From: an uncultured Candidatus Saccharibacteria bacterium
Lineage (GTDB): Bacteria > Patescibacteriota > Minisyncoccia > Minisyncoccales > CAZUZH01
Direction: 5' to 3'
Length of the DNA stretch: 64,000 nt
NCBI GenBank assembly: GCA_964624815.1
Contig: CAZUZH010000001.1
Coordinates: 1,090-65,089, forward strand
Numbering within the stretch: the stretch's first letter is position 1; each line of letters starts with the position of its first letter. The position numbers and the translations under genes are program-made. The notes under the pieces are model-generated. The model ran no database searches. It worked only from the letters and a program-made list of their open reading frames with translations, and was not told where the DNA came from. This document shows positions 35,583-43,685 of the stretch, in pieces.

Positions 35583-37001
35583 ATGAAAAAGTTTTATATC
35601 ACAACGCCAATTTATTATGTTAATGATAAGGCCCATTGCGGCCATGCTTATACGACTATCGCAGCCGATGTTTTTGCTCGTTATCACCGTTTAATTGGAG
35701 ATAAAACATTTTTTTTAACTGGTCTGGACGAACATGGTCAAAAAGTTAGTCAGGCAGCTGAAAAATCCGGGAAATCTCCTCAAGGGTTTTGTGATAAGCA
35801 AGCAGAGAGTTTTAAAAAAGCTTGGCAGCAGTTAAATATCTCTAATAATGGTTTTTTGAGAACCACTGATAAGGAGCATGAGAAAGCTGTTCAAAAAGTT
35901 TTACAGATATTATGGGATAAAAAGTTTATTTACAAGGGTCAATATCAAGGCCTTTATTGCGTTGAGTGTGAGCAGTATAAGACAAAAAATCAGCTTATCA
36001 ATGGTAAATGTCCAGAGCATCAGAAGGAACCGGAAATAATGTCTGAAGAATGCTATTTTTTTAAATTGTCTCAATTTCAAAAGGAATTATTAGATAAAAT
36101 TATTAATAATATTTTTATTATTGAGCCCGAGAGCCGAAAAAATGAAATGATTAGCTTTTTTAAAAATGAAAAATTACAAGATGTGTCTATCTCTAGAAAA
36201 AATGTTCAATGGGGCATCTCTTTGCCATTTGACAAATCGCATACCTGTTATGTTTGGTTAGACGCTTTTTTGAACTACCTTACTGGTCTTTGTTGGGAGG
36301 GCGATAGTAAGAAATTACCTGATTTATGGCCGCCAGACGTTCAATTGATGGCTAAGGATATTTTAAGGGTACATTCAACGATTTGGCCGGGAATACTTCT
36401 GGCCTTAGGAATATCTTTGCCAAAAAAATTGTTTATTCACGGCTTTTTCACAATAAACGGGCAGAAAATGAGCAAGTCCTTAGGAAATGTTATTTGGCCC
36501 GAACAAATGGTTGATAAGTTTGGTGTTGACGGAACAAGGTATTTATTAATCTCTTCTTTATCTTATGGTAAAGACGGTGATATTTCCTGGCAAAAATTAA
36601 CTGAAAAATATAATGCTGATTTGGCTAATGGCTTGGGGAACTTGGTTGGTCGAGTGATTGGATTGAGCCAAAAAATTGGCCTTCAGCCAGTCACCGCGCC
36701 GAACGCCGCCGGCAAAATCCGGATTAAAGATCTGGATAAACTTTTTCAAGAATTTAAATTAAAAGAAATTTTAGACGAAGTTTGGAAACAGATTAATTGG
36801 GCGGATAAATTTATTGAAAAGAAAAAATTATGGGATTTAGTGAAAACAAACCCAGAACAAGCTAAAAAAGATTTATCAGAACTTTTAGGTTTGATTTCAG
36901 AAATTGGCAAAGCCATTACTCCTTTTTTGCCTGAAACTTCAGAAAAAATTTCTCAAATTTTAAAAACCGGAAAAATCCAAGCGCTTTTCCCAAGGGTTTA
37001 A
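35583..37001 (+). CDS. metG: methionine--tRNA ligase
   Basis: HIGH motif as HCGH, KMSKSLGN, zinc-knuckle CxxC pairs. Confidence 0.9.
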   Translation: MKKFYITTPIYYVNDKAHCGHAYTTIAADVFARYHRLIGDKTFFLTGLDEHGQKVSQAAEKSGKSPQGFCDKQAESFKKAWQQLNISNNGFLRTTDKEHEKAVQKVLQILWDKKFIYKGQYQGLYCVECEQYKTKNQLINGKCPEHQKEPEIMSEECYFFKLSQFQKELLDKIINNIFIIEPESRKNEMISFFKNEKLQDVSISRKNVQWGISLPFDKSHTCYVWLDAFLNYLTGLCWEGDSKKLPDLWPPDVQLMAKDILRVHSTIWPGILLALGISLPKKLFIHGFFTINGQKMSKSLGNVIWPEQMVDKFGVDGTRYLLISSLSYGKDGDISWQKLTEKYNADLANGLGNLVGRVIGLSQKIGLQPVTAPNAAGKIRIKDLDKLFQEFKLKEILDEVWKQINWADKFIEKKKLWDLVKTNPEQAKKDLSELLGLISEIGKAITPFLPETSEKISQILKTGKIQALFPRV

Positions 37002-37017
37002 TTTACATTAAGATTAG

Positions 37018-37046
37018 TTGACAAAGATATTAACATAACCTAATAT
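37018..37046 (+). promoter_or_regulatory. sigma70-like promoter TTGACA-17 nt-TAATAT
   Basis: Near-consensus hexamers 50 nt upstream of the 37098 ORF. Confidence 0.5.
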
Positions 37047-37097
37047 CCAAATTAGAAGAAATTAGTTCTTTTAATTTTGAAAAGGAGGATTGGGATT

Positions 37098-37319
37098 ATG
37101 ACATTAGACAACGAGGGAAAGAAAATAGAAGTTGATGACAGGGTCCGAATTAGAATGAAATCCGGATTTTCTAGATACGGATGGGTAAAAGAAGTTTTTG
37201 GCGATCGGGTGAGAGTTATGGCTGATGGCAATACCAATTTCTATTTAGCTATGCCTGAAAATGTCACGGTAATAAATCAACCTTGTTTAGAAAGACAAAA
37301 ACCCAATTCAAAAATCTGA
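37098..37319 (+). CDS. hypothetical small protein (73 aa)
   Basis: AAAGGAGG RBS 9 nt upstream of ATG. The track ORF's TTG extension is unlikely. Confidence 0.45.
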   Translation: MTLDNEGKKIEVDDRVRIRMKSGFSRYGWVKEVFGDRVRVMADGNTNFYLAMPENVTVINQPCLERQKPNSKI

Positions 37320-37338
37320 AAGGAAGGTTTTTGAACAC

Positions 37339-37376
37339 GGTCACCGAAAAAATTAGGTGGCCTTTTTTATTTTTAT
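37339..37376 (+). terminator. terminator ggtcacc-loop-ggtggcc followed by a T-run
   Basis: The same stem recurs at 38163-38200. Confidence 0.55.
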
Positions 37377-37510
37377 ACTTTTCTTGATTTTAACGAACAA
37401 AAAGAAAGGAATCAAATAAACAGTTGACATATTTTTTCTTTAGAGTAAGGTATAGGCAAAAGGAGAAACTGAACCTTGATAATTTAATTTCAAAAGACAG
37501 GAGGGAAAAA

Positions 37511-37837
37511 ATGACAGAAGAGGCAGCAGGATGCGAGGCCACGCAGGCTTTTACTGTTGGTATAGGGCCAATAAGTGCTGGAATGCAGGTTCAATATGAA
37601 CCATGTGAAGAGAAGAACTCCGGGTACAGATGTAAGGAGTGTGGCAAGCGTCTTTGCCATCTGCATGTAGTTATTATCGAAGGGGGTCCTGAGACCTTGC
37701 ACCCACACCCAATTCAAGGCGGAGGATGGTATTGGGAACGAGACACTTATGAGTATTGTAGAGATTGCTCGCCCGATGAAAGTCATCGAGATCCCCGCAA
37801 TTGGCCGATTCTCGTCAAAGACCCCATAAAAGAATAG
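37511..37837 (+). CDS. hypothetical Cys-rich zinc-ribbon-like protein (108 aa) with locally elevated GC
   Basis: AGGAGGG RBS. CKECGKRLC...CRDCSP motifs. Codon usage is more GC-rich than the neighbours. Confidence 0.45.
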   Translation: MTEEAAGCEATQAFTVGIGPISAGMQVQYEPCEEKNSGYRCKECGKRLCHLHVVIIEGGPETLHPHPIQGGGWYWERDTYEYCRDCSPDESHRDPRNWPILVKDPIKE

Positions 37838-37888
37838 CAGAATGTTGGTATAAGAACCCAATTCAAAAATCTGAAAGGAGGGATTGTG

Positions 37889-38110
37889 ATGGCTAAAAAA
37901 AGGAAATATCTTGTAGGGATAAGACATCAATCCGATAAGTCCTTTTCAGCTGTAGCGAGGAATGGCATGCCGTTATTTGGTAGCGATGAAGATAGGGTTT
38001 TGATGACCAAGGAAGAAGTTGAAAGACTCCAAAAAGAATATCATGAATCCGATGCAATTAGGAAAAGGAAGACTGAGCTTATAGTTTTTCAACCAGTTGA
38101 TTCCGAATAG
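37889..38110 (+). CDS. hypothetical small protein (73 aa)
   Basis: AGGAGGG RBS. Preceded by a 25-nt duplicate of the 3' end of the 37098 gene. Confidence 0.4.
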   Translation: MAKKRKYLVGIRHQSDKSFSAVARNGMPLFGSDEDRVLMTKEEVERLQKEYHESDAIRKRKTELIVFQPVDSE

Positions 38111-38162
38111 CAGGATAAAAATTGATATCGAAATAAAGAGATAACAACCTAAAACCCAAATG

Positions 38163-38200
38163 GGTCACCATGGACTATCTTCAGGGTGGCCTTTTTTATT
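38163..38200 (+). terminator. terminator ggtcacc-loop-ggtggcc followed by a T-run (second copy)
   Basis: Read directly. Confidence 0.55.
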
Positions 38201-38238
38201 TGCCTAAAATTAAAACTTCAGCTAAAATATAAACAGCA

Positions 38239-38384
38239 AATTAACCTAATTATTCTAATTAACCTAATTAACCTAATCAATGTCTAAATCCCAATACCCA
38301 ATGACTAAAATGATTGATACATTAGACATTTTGTCATTGGGATTTGATTAGAAATTAGAAATTAGAAATTAGAAATCGAAAATT
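38239..38384. repeat. Composite intergenic repeat X: aattaacctaattattctaatta, then inverted copies of the AATCCCAATACCCAATGAC unit, then (gaaatta)n heptamers. Abuts the tatD ATG
   Basis: A 25-nt identical block and related architecture are found at 59013-59194. Confidence 0.55.
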
Positions 38385-39263
38385 ATGCTAATTGATACTC
38401 ATGCCCATCTTAATTTTGCTGTTTTTAAAAATGATAGAGATAAAGTAATAAGACGGGCGCTAGACAATAATGTCTGGTTCATTAATGTTGGCTCAAATTA
38501 TGAAAGAAGCAAAAAAGCAGTAGAAATTGCTCAAAAATATGCTGAAGGGATATATGCGGCAATTGGTTTACATCCAATTCATCTCCAAGAAACAAAAGAC
38601 CCAGAGGAATTATCTGGAAGTTTAAGCCCAGCAGAGAAATTTGATAAAGAAAAATATTATCAATTAGCGCAGTCACCAAAAGTAGTAGCAATTGGCGAAA
38701 TAGGCTTGGATTATTATCATTTATCAGGGAATAAGAAATCAACGAAATGTGCGGAGGCCTTGCCTCCGCACATTTGCGGAGGTCTTGCCTCCGCACACTC
38801 TACACAGATAGAATTGCAAAAGCAAGTTTTTGTTCATCAATTAGAATTAGCTAACGAAATAGACAAACCAGTTATTGTTCATTGCCGGGAAGCGCACAAG
38901 GATGTTTTAGAAATTTTAAAGAAGCGAAAACAAAAATTAAAAAATCTGCGTGGAGTTATTCATAGTTTTTCCGGCCGTTGGTCCCAAGCTCAAGAATATT
39001 TTGATTTAGGATTTTTAATTGGTTTGAATGGCATTATTACTTTTGCCCGTGATTATGACAAGGTTATTATAAACAGTCCTTTGGAAAAAGTTCTAATTGA
39101 AACAGATTGTCCATATTTAACCCCAATTCCTTTCCGTGGCAAACGCAACGAACCTTTGTATGTAAAATATGTAGCAGAAAAAATCGCAGAGATAAAAAAC
39201 ATATCAGTTGAAGAAGTAGTAAGAACAACGACAGAGAACGCAAGAAAATTATTTAGTTTTTAA
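38385..39263 (+). CDS. tatD: TatD-family metal-dependent hydrolase (DNase)
   Basis: N-terminal MLIDTHAHLNF motif and TatD length. Carries the GC-rich insertion at 38748-38797. Confidence 0.8.
   Translation: MLIDTHAHLNFAVFKNDRDKVIRRALDNNVWFINVGSNYERSKKAVEIAQKYAEGIYAAIGLHPIHLQETKDPEELSGSLSPAEKFDKEKYYQLAQSPKVVAIGEIGLDYYHLSGNKKSTKCAEALPPHICGGLASAHSTQIELQKQVFVHQLELANEIDKPVIVHCREAHKDVLEILKKRKQKLKNLRGVIHSFSGRWSQAQEYFDLGFLIGLNGIITFARDYDKVIINSPLEKVLIETDCPYLTPIPFRGKRNEPLYVKYVAEKIAEIKNISVEEVVRTTTENARKLFSF
38748..38797 (+). repeat. Two tandem copies of a GC-rich palindrome (tgcggaggccttgcctccgca) inserted in-frame in tatD (encodes CAEALPPHICGGLASAH)
   Basis: Perfect hairpins, about 60% GC within an AT-rich gene. 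Confidence 0.6.
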
Positions 39264-39441
39264 AGATTAGAAAAAATAATTGACCCCGCAAAGCGACAAT
39301 CCCCGATGCTTGGCATCGGAGTATACATTACCAATTTTACTTGACAAACCTTTTTAAAACGAGCAAGATAAGATTAGTCCTTAAAGTTACATATTTTAGT
39401 TTATTATTATAAGTCGTCTATCAGATTATTAATGACCAAAA

Positions 39442-40863
39442 ATGTCTAAATATCAAATTAAAAAAATAGAAAACAAGAATAAGTCAACGATTTCAATAAT
39501 GGCTTTATTTTTGGTTTCTTTTGTCGCAATTTCGTTAATTATTATAACCAGCCAGAGTGTTTTAGCTATTCCCAATCCCGCTTCTGCATATTGCGTAGAA
39601 CAAGGCTATACTTTGGAAAATGGATTGTGTATTTTTCCAGACGGTAATAGTTGCGGACAATGGGATTTTTATCAAGATGAGTGCGGTGAAGAATATAAAA
39701 AAGAAATTCCTTGCAAAAAAGAAGGCGAGGAATTAACTCCTGGAAGTCAATGCTGCGAAGGATTGATTGGAATAGGCAGGTCTGTACCAGCTTCAGACAG
39801 TGAAACAATAGGTGATTTATCAAGCGCGAGCGACATCTGTATAAGTATTATAGGCGGTTGGTCAATTTGTGCCCCTTGTGGCGACGGTATATGTGATTCT
39901 GTTTTGGAAAATCGGTGTAATTGCCCGGAAGATTGTGAGGTTAAATGTAAAAAAGAAGGCGAGTCAATACCTGTTATTGCTAATCCTCCAGAATGTTGTG
40001 AGGGATTGACTTTAATTCCGCCTCCATATCCTAATCTGGTTGGCAGTATGGGTATCTGTACTGCTAAATGCGGTAATGGAGTTTGTGATTCAAAAACAGA
40101 GACACGATACAACTGCCCTGAGGATTGTCCATGTACAGGAGAAGGAGAAAGAATAAGCGGCATTGGCCAGGAATGTTGTTCTGGTTTAAAGCAGATAGAT
40201 GATTGTCGGGAAACAGACAGAGGTGAATGTCTTTGCGTCGAAGTTCTCGGTGGTGCCACTGGTTATTGCACCAACTGCGGAGACAATATTTGTAAATCAC
40301 CAGAGAATAGATGTAATTGTTCTGAAGATTGCAAAGTAGTTGTTGTGTCAACCGAGACCGAGGAGATTACTGAAGCTATTCCCGAAACTCCTTCCACCCA
40401 ACCACCTGTTACTAAAACCAAAGAAGAAGAACCATCTCCTCCAACTCCGGGAATCGAAACTAGTGTCGGGAATCTTAAAGCCCAGATTGCTGAACTTCAG
40501 CAAAAAATTGTTCAACTTACAAGCCAGTTAAACATTATGTTAAAAGTTCAAGGAAAACCAGAAGTATCAGTTCCCGGTTTTGAAAAGCCAACGGCTTTAG
40601 TAATTCCATCTGATCATTCTTTTGTTCGGCCCCTTTACATAGGACAAAAAAACAATGATGTTAAATACCTTCAGGAGTTTCTCAAAAAACAAGAATCTGA
40701 TATATATCCCGAAGGTTTAGTCACTGGTTATTATGGTCCATTAACCAAGGCAGCAGTAACAAGATTTCAGCTCAAACATGGAGTAGTTGATTCAGAATCA
40801 AGCTGGGGCGCAGGATATATGGGACCTCAGACAAGGACAAGGATAAATGAAGCGTTGAAGTAA
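39442..40863 (+). CDS. secreted or membrane-anchored Cys-rich repeat protein with Pro/Thr linker and C-terminal peptidoglycan-binding domain
   Basis: Four CG(D/N)GxCD...N(R)CNCPEDC repeats, a TQPPVTKTKEEEPSPPTPG linker, and a C-terminal PG_binding_1-like motif (GYYGPLTKAAVTRFQ). Confidence 0.45.
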   Translation: MSKYQIKKIENKNKSTISIMALFLVSFVAISLIIITSQSVLAIPNPASAYCVEQGYTLENGLCIFPDGNSCGQWDFYQDECGEEYKKEIPCKKEGEELTPGSQCCEGLIGIGRSVPASDSETIGDLSSASDICISIIGGWSICAPCGDGICDSVLENRCNCPEDCEVKCKKEGESIPVIANPPECCEGLTLIPPPYPNLVGSMGICTAKCGNGVCDSKTETRYNCPEDCPCTGEGERISGIGQECCSGLKQIDDCRETDRGECLCVEVLGGATGYCTNCGDNICKSPENRCNCSEDCKVVVVSTETEEITEAIPETPSTQPPVTKTKEEEPSPPTPGIETSVGNLKAQIAELQQKIVQLTSQLNIMLKVQGKPEVSVPGFEKPTALVIPSDHSFVRPLYIGQKNNDVKYLQEFLKKQESDIYPEGLVTGYYGPLTKAAVTRFQLKHGVVDSESSWGAGYMGPQTRTRINEALK

Positions 40864-40874
40864 GTACTATTTAT

Positions 40875-40962
40875 GGCAGGAAAGAGAAGAACCCGCGCTA
40901 AGATGCTTCTCCATTTTAGGGCGTGCGTTCCCACCAGTTCTACATCTTTCCTGCCTTTTTTA
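40875..40962 (+). terminator. Long-stem hairpin (ggcaggaaaga...tctttcctgcc) followed by a T-run
   Basis: Read directly. Confidence 0.5.
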
Positions 40963-41152
40963 TTCTTCTTTGATAGAACGACCCCCTTCTTTTCACGCTT
41001 GCCCCGCGAGATAGGCTTAGCCGCTATCTCATAGGGCCTGTGCAAAAGGAGGGGTTTTACAAATCAAAAAGAAAAAGTTAAACCCTTCACCTATTTTCAG
41101 AAGGTTTATTATCTAGTGTTGATTTTTAAATAGGTGAAGGGTAAAATAAGAA

Positions 41153-43618
41153 ATGTCTAATATGAAATATAATCCTCAAAAAATTGAACCCAAATGGCAG
41201 AAATATTGGGAGAAGAAGAAACTATTTCAAGCTAAAGATTTTGACAAAAAACCAAAATCCTATATTTTGGTTGAATTTCCTTATCCTTCTGGAGACGGCA
41301 TTCATGTAGGCCACTGCCGTTCTTATTCTGTTTTGGATGCAGTTGTTAGAAAAAGAAGGATGCAAGGTAATAATGTTCTTTTTCCAATGGGCTGGGACGC
41401 TTTTGGCCTGCCAACCGAAAACTATGCCATCAAAGCAGGAATCCATCCCAGAAAAGTCACTGAAAAGAATACAGCTATTTTCAGACGTCAGTTGAAAAGC
41501 TTGGGTTTTTCTTTTAACTGGAACAGGGAGATAAATACCAGCAGTCCGGAATATTACAAATGGACCCAATGGATATTTGTCCAGCTTTTCAAAAAAGGAC
41601 TGGCTTATAAAGATAAGATAGCGATTAACTGGTGTCCGAGCTGTAAAATTGGTCTGGCTAACGAGGAAGTTGTTGATGGAAAGTGCGAGCGGTGCGGCAC
41701 TCCAGCAGAAAAAAGAGAAAAAGAGCAATGGATGCTAAAAATTACTAAATACGCCGATAGATTAATTAAAGACTTGGAAAAAGTTGATTATCCAGACCAA
41801 GTGAAAATAATGCAGAAAGAATGGATTGGTAGATCAGAAGGAACTTATTTTGAAATGCCTATATTTATCGGTAGTTCTAAAAAAGAATCAAAAGAGAAGT
41901 TGGATGTTTTTACTACTCGTATTGATACTGTTTTTGGCATGACTTATGTTGTTTTATCAGCCGAGCATCCTTTAATTGAAAAAATAACTACATCCAACAA
42001 GAAAAAAGAAGTTCAAAAATATATTCAAGAAGCAAAAAATAAGATGGACTTAGAAAGGATTACCTCGGAAAAGGAAAAAACCGGAGTTTTCACTGGCAGT
42101 TATGCTTTGAATATTTTTAATAATCAGAAAATCCCAATTTATATCTCAGATTATGTTTTAATGAGTTATGGAACCGGTGCTATAATGGCAGTGCCTGCCC
42201 ACGATGAAAGAGATTATGATTTTGCTAAAAAATATGTATTGCCGATTGTTGAAGTTATAAAGCCGGAAAAAGGCAAGTCTGATATTAGCAGAGAGGTTTT
42301 TGTTGATTATGGAGTTTTAGTAAACTCCGGGCAGTTTAGTAATATGACTTCAGTTGAGGCGCAGAAGAAAATGACTCAGTGGCTGGAAAAGGAGAAAAAG
42401 GGGAAGAAAGCAGTTTATTACAAAATTAGGGACTGGGTTTTTTCCCGTCAGCATTATTGGGGAGAGCCAATTCCAATGATAAATTGTAAAAAATGCGGCT
42501 GGCAGCCAGTTACTGAAAAAGATTTACCAGTAGAGCTGCCTGATGTTAAAAAATACAAACCAACTGATACTGGCGAATCCCCTTTGTCGGCAATTAAAAA
42601 CTGGGTTAAAACTAAATGCCCAAAATGCAAAGGACTGGCGCAAAGAGAAACAGATACAATGCCTAACTGGGCTGGCTCTAATTGGTATTTTCTTCGTTAT
42701 TGTGACCCAAGAAATAGGAAACAATTGGCTGACCAGAAAAAATTAAAATACTGGGTACCAGTAGATTGGTATAACGGCGGCATGGAGCATACCACCCTGC
42801 ATTTACTCTACTCTCGGTTTATCTATAAATTTTTATGGGACATTGGAGCAGTGCCAAAATCCTGCGGTCCAGAGCCATATAAAAAAAGAACTTCTCACGG
42901 AATGGTTTTGGGAAAGGGTGGTGTAAAAATGTCAAAATCAAGAGGGAATGTTATTAATCCCGATAATGTAGTTAAGCAATACGGGGCTGATACTTTAAGG
43001 ATTTATGAAATGTTTATGGGCCCCTTTGGCCAGATGATTTCCTGGGACAGCAAAGGAATTGTTGGTATACGGAGGTTTTTAGACAGAGTCTATAAACTGG
43101 CTAATCAATTTATTAGAAAATCAGTCTCAAATCAGCGTAGAAATCAGAGCTCTGTTAGCGGACTAAGAAAACAACTCCATAAGACAATTAAAAAAGTTTC
43201 CGAGGATATTGAGGCAATGAAGTTTAATACGGCAGTAAGCGCTATGATGGAATTTTCCAATGATTGGCAGAAGTATGGTAAAATAAAGAAAGAAGACTTT
43301 GAAAATTTCCTGAAAATCTTGGCGCCCCTTGCTCCGCATCTTTGCGAAGAGATTTGGGAGAGGTTGGGTAATAAAAAAAGCATCTTTTTAGAGAAATGGC
43401 CAGAATATAATAAAAAACTTATTCGGGAAGAAAGAATAAATTTAATCGTTCAGATTAACGGAAAAGTCCGCGATAAGATAGAAGTTAAGGCCGGAATAAA
43501 CAAAGGGCAAGCCAGAAAAACAGCTTTGGACAGTAAGAATATTAAAAAATGGCTCGGCAGTAAAAAGATTAAAAAAGTAATCTTTGCTCAGGGAAAACTT
43601 ATAAACCTTGTGATATAA
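41153..43618 (+). CDS. leuS: leucine--tRNA ligase
   Basis: HVGH (HIGH class), VKMSKSRGN, CP1 editing domain. Confidence 0.9.
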   Translation: MSNMKYNPQKIEPKWQKYWEKKKLFQAKDFDKKPKSYILVEFPYPSGDGIHVGHCRSYSVLDAVVRKRRMQGNNVLFPMGWDAFGLPTENYAIKAGIHPRKVTEKNTAIFRRQLKSLGFSFNWNREINTSSPEYYKWTQWIFVQLFKKGLAYKDKIAINWCPSCKIGLANEEVVDGKCERCGTPAEKREKEQWMLKITKYADRLIKDLEKVDYPDQVKIMQKEWIGRSEGTYFEMPIFIGSSKKESKEKLDVFTTRIDTVFGMTYVVLSAEHPLIEKITTSNKKKEVQKYIQEAKNKMDLERITSEKEKTGVFTGSYALNIFNNQKIPIYISDYVLMSYGTGAIMAVPAHDERDYDFAKKYVLPIVEVIKPEKGKSDISREVFVDYGVLVNSGQFSNMTSVEAQKKMTQWLEKEKKGKKAVYYKIRDWVFSRQHYWGEPIPMINCKKCGWQPVTEKDLPVELPDVKKYKPTDTGESPLSAIKNWVKTKCPKCKGLAQRETDTMPNWAGSNWYFLRYCDPRNRKQLADQKKLKYWVPVDWYNGGMEHTTLHLLYSRFIYKFLWDIGAVPKSCGPEPYKKRTSHGMVLGKGGVKMSKSRGNVINPDNVVKQYGADTLRIYEMFMGPFGQMISWDSKGIVGIRRFLDRVYKLANQFIRKSVSNQRRNQSSVSGLRKQLHKTIKKVSEDIEAMKFNTAVSAMMEFSNDWQKYGKIKKEDFENFLKILAPLAPHLCEEIWERLGNKKSIFLEKWPEYNKKLIREERINLIVQINGKVRDKIEVKAGINKGQARKTALDSKNIKKWLGSKKIKKVIFAQGKLINLVI

Positions 43619-43624
43619 ATTTGT

Positions 43625-43666
43625 AGAAGTCTAATTTTCTTGCCTAGGCAAGAAAATTAGACTTCT
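43625..43666. repeat. Palindromic element agaagtctaattttcttgcc-taggcaagaaaattagacttct (terminator-like REP)
   Basis: Perfect 20-bp arms. A partial copy lies at 17555-17588. Confidence 0.5.
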
Positions 43667-43685
43667 AACTCAATGTTCGTCCCTT

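Noticed and set aside
37490-37930. 146-aa minus-strand track ORF antisense to the Cys-rich gene
   Set aside because: No RBS, composition-driven, and it overlaps two plus-strand ORFs that do have strong RBSs.
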